Source of the DNA: an uncultured Acidobacteriota bacterium
GTDB taxonomy: Bacteria > Acidobacteriota > Thermoanaerobaculia > UBA5066 > Gp7-AA6
Assembly (NCBI GenBank): GCA_963764715.1
Contig: CAVXTP010000024.1
Location: 18,743 to 82,742, forward strand
DNA length: 64,000 bases
Direction: 5' to 3'
The position numbers and the translations under genes were made by a program. Of the stretch, positions 19,419 to 29,199 are shown one piece after another. The notes beneath the pieces were generated by a model. It was not told the origin of the DNA. It saw only the letters and a list, made by a program, of their open reading frames with translations, and made no database searches. Within the stretch, counting starts at the first letter, position 1; each line of letters starts with the position of its first letter.

Positions 19419-21280
19419 GACGGCGCCTTGACGAGAACCGGGATCGCGACGTGCGAGGGATGGGAGGACGAGCGGTAGACGCGATGGGTCGCCGCGCGGA
19501 AGTCCGCGGCCTTCGCCTCGAAAATGTTGGGCACGAACGTCTGGGGGTTGCGATCGATGATCGGGAACCAGGTGCTCTGCACCTGCACCATGATGCGGTG
19601 GCCCTTGCGGAACGCAAAGCTCTGCGTGTGGAGGCTGTAGGCGTACTCGAGGACCGCGCCGGGAGCGATCGGCTCGGGCTTCTCGAAGGACTTCCGGTAC
19701 CGTCCGCGGAAGACCTCGTTGGAGACCATGAGCTGGTAGCCCGCGAGGTCCCAGTTCTCCGGGTACCGCTCCGGGTAGACGTCGATGAGCTTGACGACCC
19801 AGTCGGCGTCGCTCCCGGTGGTCGAGGCGAAGACGTGCGCCGCGACCTCGCCCGCGATCGTCACGTCCTCGGTCAGCGGCTGCGACTCGTAGGTCAGGAC
19901 GTCCGCCCGGTCGTCGACGAAGCGCTGGTCCTCGACGAGCCAGGTCGGCCACTTCGACCCGCCCGGAAAGTACGTCGTCTGGATCGGGCGCCGCCGGTAC
20001 GGGACCGGGTGCGCGGGATCGGAGAGGTACGCGTCGGACGCCTCGGCCTCGCCGGAGGCGCCGGGCGGCGGGGCCTCGAACCCGAGGGAGCCGTCCGCCC
20101 CGAAATAGAGGTTGCGGACCTGCGTGCGCGCGGCCGGAGGCCACGCCTCCCACCGCCGCCAGCGGTTCGCTCCGGCCTCGAAGGTCAGGGCCTCGGGAAG
20201 GTTGAGAGTTCCGCGATCCTTGAGGTAGTAGGCAAACCAGGGCGCCTGGATCTCCTCGCGGAAGTACTTCGCCGTCGCGCTGTCGAACGGGATTGCGCCG
20301 AGACGGTCGCCGTCGCCGTGCGTCCAGCCGCCGTGGTTCCACGGTCCGACGACGAGCCGGTTGACGTCCTTCGGATCGTGCTTCTCGAGCGCCGCGTAGA
20401 TCTGCAGCGGGCCGAAGAAGTCCTCCTGGTCCCACCAGCCGGCGACGTTCAGCGTCGGCACCGCGACCTCGCGAAGGTGCGGGATGACGGTCTGCTTCTT
20501 CCAGAACGCGTCGTAGTCGGGGTGCCCGACGAAGTCGTTCCAGGTCGGGATCTTGCCGTGGAAGAAGAGGGCGTTGACGTTCGACAGCGGGCCCAGGGCC
20601 AGATACCACTTGTAGGTGTCGTAGCGATCGAAGCCGAAGGCCTCCAGGTTCTTGCCGCTCTCGAGCCAGTACGCGTACTCGAGCCCGTAGCTCAGCCGAA
20701 ACGCGCCGTTGTGGTGAAAGTCGTCCCCGAGCCACATGTCCGAGGGCGAGGCCTGGGGGGAAATCGCCTTGAGCGCCGGGTGGGGCTCGAGCGCCCCCAT
20801 GATCGTCGTCCAGCCGTCGTAGGACACGCCGAGCATCCCGACGCGGCCGTTGTTGCCGGGGACGTTCTCGAGGAGCCAGGCGATGGTGTCGTACGTGTCG
20901 GTGCCCTCGTCCAGCGTCTTCGTGTCACCCGGCGCGCGCGCCGGCCGCTGCATCACGAACACGCCCTCCGAACCGAACTTCCCGCGCAGGTCCTCGAAGA
21001 CGAACACGTAGCCGTCGTCGGCGAACGCCTTGAGCGATCCGTCGAGCCGCTTGCCGGATTCCGCGACGCCGTAGGGCGTGCGCTGGATCAGGATCGGGAG
21101 CGGCCCGTGCGCGGCGCGAGGCTCGAAGATCTTCGCGTGGAGCCGGACGCCGTCGCGCATCGGGATCATGACGTCCCGATCGACGTACGGCTCCTCGACG
21201 CTTCCGGCGCGGGGGACGGCGGCCATCCCACCGAGCGCGAGGCACAGTGCGGCCGCGGCGGGAACGAGGCGGATCTTCAT
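19415..21280 (-). CDS. CocE/NonD family hydrolase (alpha-amino acid ester hydrolase / glutaryl-7-ACA acylase-like)
   Basis: IPMRDGVRL, RTPY, GVSYDG, GDDFHHNGAFRL, GPWNHG. Confidence 0.93.
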   Translation of the reverse strand: MKIRLVPAAAALCLALGGMAAVPRAGSVEEPYVDRDVMIPMRDGVRLHAKIFEPRAAHGPLPILIQRTPYGVAESGKRLDGSLKAFADDGYVFVFEDLRGKFGSEGVFVMQRPARAPGDTKTLDEGTDTYDTIAWLLENVPGNNGRVGMLGVSYDGWTTIMGALEPHPALKAISPQASPSDMWLGDDFHHNGAFRLSYGLEYAYWLESGKNLEAFGFDRYDTYKWYLALGPLSNVNALFFHGKIPTWNDFVGHPDYDAFWKKQTVIPHLREVAVPTLNVAGWWDQEDFFGPLQIYAALEKHDPKDVNRLVVGPWNHGGWTHGDGDRLGAIPFDSATAKYFREEIQAPWFAYYLKDRGTLNLPEALTFEAGANRWRRWEAWPPAARTQVRNLYFGADGSLGFEAPPPGASGEAEASDAYLSDPAHPVPYRRRPIQTTYFPGGSKWPTWLVEDQRFVDDRADVLTYESQPLTEDVTIAGEVAAHVFASTTGSDADWVVKLIDVYPERYPENWDLAGYQLMVSNEVFRGRYRKSFEKPEPIAPGAVLEYAYSLHTQSFAFRKGHRIMVQVQSTWFPIIDRNPQTFVPNIFEAKAADFRAATHRVYRSSSHPSHVAIPVLVKAPS

Positions 21281-21289
21281 CCGGCGAGT

Positions 21290-21742
21290 TTACGTCTTCG
21301 GATTGGCCGTCAGCGCGCACGCGGCGATCCGCCACTTCCCGTCGGCTTCCTTCCGCCAGACGATCAGGAACTTCGAGGTCGACGGCGGGCCGGTCGCGTT
21401 CGGGAGGGTCACCGCGGTCGACCCGGTCTCCCAGGCGAGGTCGCCGCCGGGCGCGACCTGGACCGAGTCGGTAGTCGCGCGGAACGTGTCGAGTCGGGGC
21501 AGGCGCTCGGAGTACATCTTCTGGATCGCGGCCTTCCCCTTCAACGCGGCCTCTCCGTTGAAGTGAACGACGGCGTCCTCGGCCCAGAACGGCATCACGG
21601 CGAGGGCGTCCTTGCGGGCCTCGGCATCCGCGACGCCGCGGCTCGCCTGGCGGACTTCGGCCTCGGCCTCGGCCGTCGAGGGCCGCCGGCAGGCCGCCGA
21701 AAGAAGCAGGAGCCCCAGGAGCGCCGCAGCGCGTACCTTCAT
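21290..21742 (-). CDS. NTF2-like (DUF4440/SnoaL) lipoprotein
   Basis: Lipobox LSAAC; FWAEDAV, GDLAWETG, VWRKEADGKWRI. Confidence 0.85.
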   Translation of the reverse strand: MKVRAAALLGLLLLSAACRRPSTAEAEAEVRQASRGVADAEARKDALAVMPFWAEDAVVHFNGEAALKGKAAIQKMYSERLPRLDTFRATTDSVQVAPGGDLAWETGSTAVTLPNATGPPSTSKFLIVWRKEADGKWRIAACALTANPKT

Positions 21743-21762
21743 GCCTTCTCCTCCGACGCGCC

Positions 21763-22335
21763 TCAGTGCTTGAGGACGTCCTCGACTGCCCCGGTGTTCG
21801 CGTTGACGATCACCGAGAGACCGCCGTCCTTGCCGTCGGCCTTGCTGTAGTTGATGTACCAGGTCGCATGCCGATCGCTCGGCGCGGCCGCCGTCCCGAG
21901 CGACACGGTGTAGCCCTGCTGGAGGAGGGCCTCGCCGTGCTTCTTCGCGAGCGCGTAGAGCGCCGCCCCGTCGCGGTAGAAATCGGGCTTCAGGTCCGGG
22001 AGGCGGCCGGCCGGACCGGGCTGCGCCCAGCAGGTCAGCGAGCCTCGGAACGTGTTGATCGCGACGCTCGCGTTCGACTGCGCCGAGAAGAACATCAGGC
22101 TCCAGGCCGTCGAGGAGCCGTCCGGCTGGAGGGGGCCGAGGCTCGTGTTCGTGATGCGGGCCGGGACGGCGTCGGCCTTCCAGGCCTTGGCGTACTTGTC
22201 CGCCATCGTCCACATCTCGGAGAGCTTGACCGCCGGGTTCTTCAGCTGGACCGTCTTGCAGGCTTCCTGGGCGGCCGCCGCGCGCGAGAGGCCGAAAGCC
22301 GCGAGAATGACCCAGAGCGCCGCTCGTCTCTTCAT
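21763..22335 (-). CDS. Secreted hypothetical protein (PepSY-like C-terminus)
   Basis: Signal peptide MKRRAALWVILAAFGLSRAAAA; ends VIVNANTGAV; ATGA overlap. Confidence 0.7.
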   Translation of the reverse strand: MKRRAALWVILAAFGLSRAAAAQEACKTVQLKNPAVKLSEMWTMADKYAKAWKADAVPARITNTSLGPLQPDGSSTAWSLMFFSAQSNASVAINTFRGSLTCWAQPGPAGRLPDLKPDFYRDGAALYALAKKHGEALLQQGYTVSLGTAAAPSDRHATWYINYSKADGKDGGLSVIVNANTGAVEDVLKH

Positions 22336-22733
22336 TTTTCCCCCTTGCTCCATCTCGTCGTTCGCGACGTCCGCGGGCCATCCTCCGCGGTCCGCCACCG
22401 GAAGCGCTCGAGCGAGATCGCTCCCGTCCCGCCGAAACGCACGCCTTCCTTCTCCAGGAGAAACCGCTGGATCCGGTCCATCGGCCGGCCGTCCGAGCGC
22501 AGGCTGATCTTCCCGGCCGCGTTGACGACCCGGTGCCAGGGCACGCGGCTGCCCTCGGCGAGGGCCGACAGCGCGTAGCCGACCATCCGCGCGTGGCCCG
22601 GCAGCCCGGCGGCGCTCGCGATCTGTCCGTAGGTCGCGACGCGGCCGCGTGGAACCCGCTCGACCGCCGCGTAGATCCGGGCGTACGTTGCGCGCGGCGC
22701 GCTCGCGTTGCTCGAGGTCGATGTCTCCGGCAA
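22332..22733 (-). CDS. Alkyltransferase-like protein (MGMT family, Atl/YbaZ type)
   Basis: VPRGRVATYGQIA, ARMVGYAL, PWHRVV (Trp in place of catalytic Cys); start uncertain (22733 TTG or 22757 GTG). Confidence 0.85.
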   Translation of the reverse strand: MPETSTSSNASAPRATYARIYAAVERVPRGRVATYGQIASAAGLPGHARMVGYALSALAEGSRVPWHRVVNAAGKISLRSDGRPMDRIQRFLLEKEGVRFGGTGAISLERFRWRTAEDGPRTSRTTRWSKGEK

Positions 22734-22776
22734 GGTCCCGCGGATGATACGCCTCACCGGCCGGAGCGCCGAGGGG

Positions 22777-22968
22777 TCAGAAGTGGGCCGGGATCACGGC
22801 CTGGCGCGGGATCGCCGCGAGGCGCTCCTTGAAGCAGCGCCCGTGGCAGAACCACGCCTGGGTCATTCCTTCTTCGGTTTCGACCCGGACGACGCAGGGA
22901 TCGACCGCCGTGCGTTCGATCACGTGGCCGCAGAAGCAACAGGGACCGCCGATCTCCGCCTCGCCCAT
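22777..22968 (-). CDS. Small Cys/His-rich protein (CCFCG...CHGRC)
   Basis: GGAG RBS before ATG 22968; 63 aa with CxxC and HxxC. Confidence 0.6.
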   Translation of the reverse strand: MGEAEIGGPCCFCGHVIERTAVDPCVVRVETEEGMTQAWFCHGRCFKERLAAIPRQAVIPAHF

Positions 22969-23063
22969 TCGTTCTCCATTCCGCCCGGAGGGTCCGGGCA
23001 CACTGCATTGGATTTATCACAGGCAACGGCGAGAGCCATGATGCCGTTGGCTCTGGACACGAA

Positions 23064-23594
23064 TCAACCGCAGTATTTCGCTGCGATCCTCCGGACGGTC
23101 GTGACGTTGCGGAGCGTCGTCGGCACGCCGAGGGTCTTCTCGATTCGAGACCCGGAAAAAGGAGAATCGGCGAAGCTCGTCCGGCAGTGCCAGTAGAGCT
23201 CGCGCCCGAAGATGCGAAAGAGGTCCGTCGCCGTGCTGCCGCCGACCAGCTTCTTCGAGACGGCCGCCGGCGGCGCGGCGGAGAGGAAACCGACGTAGAG
23301 GCGGTCTCCTTCGCCGAGCGTGAAGGGCTCCCGCCCGGCGGCTTCCGCGAGCTCCTTCGGAGTCCGCAGGAAGGTCGCGACCTCGTAGCCCAGCGCGTCC
23401 TCGAGGCTCGCGGCGAGCCGGGAAGCGAGCGACGCCTCGGACTTCGAAGCGGAGTCGAAGATCACGTTGCCGCTGGCGATGACGGTCTCCACGCTCGTGC
23501 AGCCGGTCTTCTCGAAGATCCGCCGCAGCGCGTCCATCTTGACGACGTGCCCGCCGACGTTGATGGCGCGCAGAAACGCGACGTAGCGCGGCAC
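23064..23594 (-). CDS. DUF1697 domain protein
   Basis: YVAFLRAINVGG, ETVIASGNVIF, TLRNVTTV. Confidence 0.92.
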   Translation of the reverse strand: MPRYVAFLRAINVGGHVVKMDALRRIFEKTGCTSVETVIASGNVIFDSASKSEASLASRLAASLEDALGYEVATFLRTPKELAEAAGREPFTLGEGDRLYVGFLSAAPPAAVSKKLVGGSTATDLFRIFGRELYWHCRTSFADSPFSGSRIEKTLGVPTTLRNVTTVRRIAAKYCG

Positions 23595-23645
23595 TCGGAC
23601 TTCGAGCCTATCCGCGGCCCGCGGATGCGAAGGAGCCGCCCGCCG

Positions 23646-24071
23646 TCATCGCTTCTCGGCGACGTAGATCTTGTTGACGATCCTCCACTCGTCGCCGAGC
23701 TTGAGGAGATTGAGGTAGTCCGTGTAGGTCGAGTCCGGGTAGGCCTCGACGACCTTCACCGCGGCGGCGGAGCCCGTGACGTCCACGGCCGCGATCCGGA
23801 GGTCGCCGGTCTCTTCCTTGCCGGCGTTCTTCCGGAAGCCCTCGTACCACTGCTCCTGCGTGAGCTGGCCGAGCGTCCCGTCCTTCTTCCGGAAGAAGAG
23901 CCTCGCTTCCGGATAGAACGCCTTCTTGAGGCTGTCGACGTCGTTGAACTTGAGGCCGTGCAGGTAGGACTCGACCGTCTGCCTCACGGCGGCGGCGTCG
24001 GCGGAAGGTTCCGCGGCTCGAACCGCCGCCGCGCAGGCCAGGACGAGACCGAACGCCAGGGCTCTCCTCAC
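23646..24071 (-). CDS. Secreted NTF2-like (Lumazine_bd_2 type) protein
   Basis: LKKAFYPEARL, VDVTGSAAAVKV, YTDYLNLLKLGDEWRIVNK. Confidence 0.88.
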   Translation of the reverse strand: MRRALAFGLVLACAAAVRAAEPSADAAAVRQTVESYLHGLKFNDVDSLKKAFYPEARLFFRKKDGTLGQLTQEQWYEGFRKNAGKEETGDLRIAAVDVTGSAAAVKVVEAYPDSTYTDYLNLLKLGDEWRIVNKIYVAEKR

Positions 24072-24604
24072 GGTGTCTCCTTCTCCGCGCGCAGGCGGAT
24101 GGAATCGAAGAAGGCGTCGACCGAGGCCTCGTGGAGGATGTCGCGCGTCTCGGCCGTGTACGTGATGCTGTAGAAGCCGTCGCCCGAGTCGATCATGATC
24201 ACCCGGTGGGGAGGCGGCCGGTCGGGCTTGGAGCCATAGAGCTCGACGCTCAGGTAGCGGATCTTCGCCGGGTCGAGGCCCTTCGGCTGCCAGCGCTCCG
24301 CGAGCATGTCCGGGAAGGACTGGCGCGTGACGGCCATGTCGGCGCGAACGAAGGACTCGAGGTCCGCGAGCGCCGGCACTTTCGGGTCCTTCGCCTGGTA
24401 CGCGATCGCGATGGCGCGGTCGGTGTTCTGGGGGGTCTTTCCCTTCGGGAGGAACATCAGCTCGACGCCGGCCTTGCGGGCCCCGGGGGCGTCCATGACC
24501 CACCCCGCGGGCACGTCGTAGGTCAGCGTGGCGGGCCCCGGCGCTCCCGCGGCCGTCCCCACGAGGGCCGCCGCCGCGAAGAAGCCTCGTCCCGCGGCGC
24601 GCAT
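24068..24604 (-). CDS. Secreted hypothetical protein (PsbP/DcrB-like suspected)
   Basis: Signal peptide, LTYDVPAGW start, FFDSIRL end; coupled to neighbours. Confidence 0.65.
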   Translation of the reverse strand: MRAAGRGFFAAAALVGTAAGAPGPATLTYDVPAGWVMDAPGARKAGVELMFLPKGKTPQNTDRAIAIAYQAKDPKVPALADLESFVRADMAVTRQSFPDMLAERWQPKGLDPAKIRYLSVELYGSKPDRPPPHRVIMIDSGDGFYSITYTAETRDILHEASVDAFFDSIRLRAEKETP

Positions 24605-24606
24605 GG

Positions 24607-25605
24607 TCAGCCGAGCGTCGCCACGAGGATGGCCTTGATCGTGTGCATGCGGTTCTCGGCCTGGTCGAACACGATCGACGCGGGCGACTCGAAGACCTCC
24701 TCCGACACCTCGAGTCCTTCGAGCCCGAACTTCGCGTAGAGCTCTTCGCCCTTCGTCGTTTCCCGGTTGTGGAAGGCGGGCAGGCAGTGCATGAACTTCG
24801 CCCGCGGGTTGCCGGTCGCCTTCATGAGCGCCGCGGTCACGCGATACTTCTCGAGCGCCCGGATGCGCTTGCCCCAGGCGTCGGCCGGCTCCCCCATCGA
24901 GACCCAGACGTCGGTGTGGACGAAGTCGCAGCCCTCGACGCCCTTCTTCGGGTCCTCGGTCAGCGTCAGCTTCGCGCCCGAGTCCTTCGCGAGGGCGCGC
25001 GCGCGCGAAATCACGGCGGCCGCGGGCCAGAGCGCCTTCGGCGCCGCGAGGCGGACGTCCATGCCCATGCGGGCGCCGACGAGCAGCAAGGAGTTGCCCA
25101 TGTTGTTGCGCGCGTCGCCGAGATAGCAGTAGGCGACCCGATGGAGCGGCTCGTCCGAGTGCTCCTCCATCGTCAACAGGTCGGCGAGCATCTGGGTCGG
25201 GTGCGACTCGTCCGTCAGGCCGTTGTACACGGGCACGCCCGCAGAACGCGCCAGCTCCTCGACGACGGTCTGCTTGAAGCCGCGGTATTCGATGGCGTCG
25301 TACATGCGGCCGAGGACGCGCGCCGTGTCCCTGATCGACTCCTTGTGGCCGATCTGCGAGCCCGAGGGATCGAGGTACGTCACGCCCATCCCCTGGTCGT
25401 AGGCGGCGACCTCGAAGGCGCACCGGGTGCGGGTCGACGTCTTCTCGAAGATGAGGCAGAGGTTGCGGCCCTTGAGCCGCGGGACCTCGGTGCCGGCATA
25501 CTTGGCGCGCTTCAGGTCCTTCGAGAGGTCGAGGAGGAAGCGGATCTCCTCCCGGGAGAAGTCGGACATCTCCAGGACGCTGCGGTTCTTCAGGTTGACT
25601 GGCAT
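24607..25605 (-). CDS. argF: Ornithine carbamoyltransferase
   Basis: [27 protein letters not shown]. Confidence 0.96.
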   Translation of the reverse strand: MPVNLKNRSVLEMSDFSREEIRFLLDLSKDLKRAKYAGTEVPRLKGRNLCLIFEKTSTRTRCAFEVAAYDQGMGVTYLDPSGSQIGHKESIRDTARVLGRMYDAIEYRGFKQTVVEELARSAGVPVYNGLTDESHPTQMLADLLTMEEHSDEPLHRVAYCYLGDARNNMGNSLLLVGARMGMDVRLAAPKALWPAAAVISRARALAKDSGAKLTLTEDPKKGVEGCDFVHTDVWVSMGEPADAWGKRIRALEKYRVTAALMKATGNPRAKFMHCLPAFHNRETTKGEELYAKFGLEGLEVSEEVFESPASIVFDQAENRMHTIKAILVATLG

Positions 25606-25622
25606 GGCGGATATTCTCTCCC

Positions 25623-25647
25623 GTAGGGGCGGGGCTTGCCCCCGCCC
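25623..25647 (+). repeat. GTAG-type REP-like palindrome
   Basis: gtaggggcggggcttgcccccgccc. Confidence 0.7.
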
Positions 25648-25669
25648 TTTTCGATCGTGGAACCGGGCG

Positions 25670-26332
25670 TCAATCGACCGGAGCCCAGGGCAGCGGTGGG
25701 CGGATGCCTGCCGCCCGGTCGACGTCGACCGTGATCGCGTCGACCGCCGCGCCGATTCTGGACAGCGCCTCGGCGTCCGGCATGTCCGCGGGAATGCGAA
25801 ACGGCGCGCCGTACCCGACGACGCAGCGCGAGAACGGCTTCGGAACGAGGTATCGGTCCCAGGACCTCAGGAAGAGCGGCCGCGCGCTCGAGCCTGCGTG
25901 GGGGAGAATCCAGGCGTCGGTCTTGCGCGCCAGCCGCAGGACCCCCGGCTGCACGACACGCGGCGGACCCTTGGGGCCATCGACGGTCATGGCGGCGGGA
26001 TGCCCCTGCCGGACGATGTCGATCATCTCGCGAAGCGCCGTGCCCCCGCCCTTGCCGGTCGAGCCCCGGGCGGCCGCATAGCCGTTTCGGACCATCCACC
26101 GCGCGATGACCTCGCCGTCCTTGGACCGGGAAGCCATTGCCACCATGCCCTCGTGGCGGTGCACCAGGGCCGGCAGGACCATCCGGCCGTGCCACAAGGT
26201 ATAGAGGATCGGCTCCCCGCGCGCGAGAAGCGCTTTCTCGTGTTCGGGGTGCAGGGTCTCGATCCGGAGCGTGGCGCGCAGGCCGAAGATTCCCGCGCCG
26301 ACGAGGCCGGCCCTGAAGGTCGAGCCCGGCAT
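25670..26332 (-). CDS. DUF374 / lysophospholipid acyltransferase family protein
   Basis: [35 protein letters not shown]. Confidence 0.9.
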   Translation of the reverse strand: MPGSTFRAGLVGAGIFGLRATLRIETLHPEHEKALLARGEPILYTLWHGRMVLPALVHRHEGMVAMASRSKDGEVIARWMVRNGYAAARGSTGKGGGTALREMIDIVRQGHPAAMTVDGPKGPPRVVQPGVLRLARKTDAWILPHAGSSARPLFLRSWDRYLVPKPFSRCVVGYGAPFRIPADMPDAEALSRIGAAVDAITVDVDRAAGIRPPLPWAPVD

Positions 26333-26339
26333 GCCGTCT

Positions 26340-27308
26340 CTAGGGCCGGCGGGCGGCAGCAAAGTGCGCCGCGACCTTCTCGTAGACGCTCGGGATGACC
26401 TCGGGGACCTTCTTCACGCCCTGGGTGAAGACGGCCACGATGAAGTCGGACGCGTTCGGGAGGGCGACGCGCGCGACGAGGTGGTGAAAGTCGTACGCGT
26501 CGCCGGACTTCGCCCAGACGCGGCTTCCCTTCGGCAGGTTCTGGCCCGCCAGGCGCGCGTCCTCGAGCTCGAGGTCCTCGAGGGCCTCGCTCCCGGTGAT
26601 GTCGCGCGCCAGCAGCATGAGCATCTCGTCGGTCAGCGCCTCGCCGGCGACCTCGCCGCGGACGATCTCCTTGAAGATCCGGGCGACCTCCGCGGCCGTC
26701 ATGCGGTTGCGGTTCCTGCCCCCGTCGCGAAACGCCTGCTCCCGTCCGTAGGCGTCCTCGCAGAAGGTCTTCTGATTGGCGTTGAGGTTCGTGTAGCCGC
26801 GCCCCCGGTACCAGTCGTTGACGACGTTGCGCCTGGCCTTCCAGCGCTCCCACTCGGCGCCCGAGAGCTCGGGGCCCGAGGTCGTTCCGGTGATCGAGTC
26901 GACCACGAAGCCGGTCGCGTCGTTCGAAGAGACGGTGATCATGTCCTTGACCGCCCGCACGAGCTCCGGGGTGTCGGCGAGCTTGCCGTCCTGCTTGCGC
27001 GCCTCGTAGTACGACAGGAAGCAGAGCTTGACGACCGAGCAGGGGTAGTAGGAGACGTCGCCCCGGTAGGAACCGGCCGGGAACGAGGCGCCGGGGGTCG
27101 GCGCGGTCATGTCGATGACGGCGATCGACAGGCCCTGGTCGGTCAGCCCCCGTCCGGCGAACTCCGCCACGGTGTCGGCGGCGATCTTCGCCAGGGCCGC
27201 GTCGAGGGCCGGGGAGGGATCGAGCTTCGAGATCGGCGCGGGCCCTTCCGCCGCCGAGAGCGCCGCCGCGAGGCCGAGCGCGGCGACCGTGCCGGCCGCC
27301 AGCTTCAG
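26340..27308 (-). CDS. Class A beta-lactamase-like serine hydrolase, secreted; start uncertain
   Basis: SVVK (SxxK), SSNDAT (SxN), AKSG; signal-like LKLAAGTVAALGLAAALSA, possible CTG start overlapping the upstream TGA. Confidence 0.78.
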   Translation of the reverse strand: MKLAAGTVAALGLAAALSAAEGPAPISKLDPSPALDAALAKIAADTVAEFAGRGLTDQGLSIAVIDMTAPTPGASFPAGSYRGDVSYYPCSVVKLCFLSYYEARKQDGKLADTPELVRAVKDMITVSSNDATGFVVDSITGTTSGPELSGAEWERWKARRNVVNDWYRGRGYTNLNANQKTFCEDAYGREQAFRDGGRNRNRMTAAEVARIFKEIVRGEVAGEALTDEMLMLLARDITGSEALEDLELEDARLAGQNLPKGSRVWAKSGDAYDFHHLVARVALPNASDFIVAVFTQGVKKVPEVIPSVYEKVAAHFAAARRP

Positions 27309-27598
27309 GAGCGGGCCCCCCGCGACTCGGGAAAGGCGAGCGGCGCCGGGGCCGGCGGAAGCGAGGCGGCCTGACGCCGCCGGGCGCGCAGGACGAGGAA
27401 GACCAGGGTCCCCGCGGCGGAGAACGGCATCGCGACCATCAGGAGGATCGACCAGTACATCCCGCGCCACATCCCGGGGCCGCTGTCGGGGACCTCCTCC
27501 TTGCAGAGGGGGCAGGCGGAGGCGACGGCCGTCAGGACGACGGCGAGGAGCGCCGCCACCGCGAGGACGCGCAGGAGCTTCCGGCCGGATCCGCTCAT
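27305..27598 (-). CDS. Small membrane-anchored CxxC protein (ACPLC) at the end of the oxidase cluster
   Basis: Signal-like N-terminus, SACPLCKE, then TM GMYWSILLMVAMPFSAAGTLVFLVL. Confidence 0.7.
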   Translation of the reverse strand: MSGSGRKLLRVLAVAALLAVVLTAVASACPLCKEEVPDSGPGMWRGMYWSILLMVAMPFSAAGTLVFLVLRARRRQAASLPPAPAPLAFPESRGARS

Positions 27599-27603
27599 CG
27601 CCG

Positions 27604-28044
27604 TCACCTTACCCGAATCGGGCCGGGATCGTAAAGCTGGTAGAGCATCAGGTAGATCACGACCCCCGTCACGGACACGTAAACCCAGAGCGGGAACGTC
27701 CAGCGCGCCAGCCGCCGGTGCCGGTCGTCCCGGCGCTTCAACCCGAGGTAGAGCGTCCGCAGGACCATCGGGACGATGGCGGCGGCGAGGATCGTGTGCG
27801 TCGTCAGGATCGTGAAATAGACGAGGCGCACGGGGCCCTGGCCGGTGAACCGGACCGAACCCACCGCGGCGTGGTAAACGAGGTAGCAGACGAGGAAGAC
27901 GGCGGAGGTCGAGGCAGCCGCCAGCATCAGCGCGCGGTGCCGCTCGATCTCCCGGGCGCGGACGGCCCGGTAGCCGAGGAGGAGCAGGACCGCGCTCGCC
28001 GCGTTCAGGGTGGCGTTGACCGCGGGAAGCTGGGTGACGTCCAC
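27604..28044 (-). CDS. DUF420 membrane protein
   Basis: LPAVNATLN, HRALML, YLVYH, HRRLARWTFPLWVYVSVTGV. Confidence 0.93.
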   Translation of the reverse strand: MDVTQLPAVNATLNAASAVLLLLGYRAVRAREIERHRALMLAAASTSAVFLVCYLVYHAAVGSVRFTGQGPVRLVYFTILTTHTILAAAIVPMVLRTLYLGLKRRDDRHRRLARWTFPLWVYVSVTGVVIYLMLYQLYDPGPIRVR

Positions 28045-28057
28045 GGGTGATTCTCGG

Positions 28058-28116
28058 CCCGGTCGTAGGGGCGGCCCTTGCGGCCGCCCGAGGGCGGGGA
28101 CGAGCCCCGCCCCTAC
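28058..28116. repeat. Inverted REP doublet (REPIN/BIME-like)
   Basis: gtaggggcggcccttgcggccgccc followed by the reverse complement of gtaggggcggggctcgtccccgccc; 28058-28089 identical to 49621-49652. Confidence 0.8.
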
Positions 28117-28125
28117 CCCGGAGAC

Positions 28126-28728
<603 letters not shown>

Positions 28729-28748
28729 GTGCCTCTCTTCCGAATTCC

Positions 28749-28783
28749 CTGCTTACTGCTTACTGCTCACTGCACACTGATTC
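28749..28783. repeat. Degenerate heptamer tandem repeat
   Basis: ctgctta ctgctta ctgctca ctgcaca ctgattc. Confidence 0.7.
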
Positions 28784-29081
28784 ACGGCCTCGGCAGAATC
28801 AGCTCGCCGATTCCGACCGACACCAGGATGCATCCGAGGATGAGCGTCGACGCGAACAGCACGCCCATGATGCGGCGCTCGAATTTCAGGTGCATGAAGT
28901 ACAGGGCGACGAGCACCGCCTTGATGACCGCGAGGCCCACGATCCCGCCGGCCAGCACGAGCTCGGAGTGGTGCGGGATGATCGCCCAGGCGATTTCGCC
29001 GATCGTCAGGCCCAGCAGCCACCAGAAGATGGCCATGTAGTTGGGTATCTGGTGCGTGTCGCTGTGTGCTTCGGACGTCAT
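28782..29081 (-). CDS. Cytochrome c oxidase subunit IV family protein
   Basis: YMAIFWWLLGLTIGE, KAVLVALYFMHLKFE. Confidence 0.88.
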   Translation of the reverse strand: MTSEAHSDTHQIPNYMAIFWWLLGLTIGEIAWAIIPHHSELVLAGGIVGLAVIKAVLVALYFMHLKFERRIMGVLFASTLILGCILVSVGIGELILPRP

Positions 29082-29091
29082 CGTTCCCCCT

Positions 29092-29199
29092 TCAGTGCGC
29101 TCGCGAGACGATGAAGAGAATCGACCCGAGGAAGAGCCCCACGCCGAGGCTGACGAGGATCCAGAGGACCCGGCGGTTGCTGGCATCCGAAGCGGTCAT
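29092..29199 (-). CDS. 35-aa single-TM microprotein
   Basis: MTASDASNRRVLWILVSLGVGLFLGSILFIVSRAH; ATGA overlap with the cyoE stop and ends just before the subunit IV RBS. Confidence 0.6.
   Translation of the reverse strand: MTASDASNRRVLWILVSLGVGLFLGSILFIVSRAH

Noticed and set aside
26340-27308. Beta-lactamase resistance gene
   Set aside because: Has SxxK/SxN/KxG motifs but resembles the broad class A-like serine hydrolase family; activity cannot be inferred from sequence.
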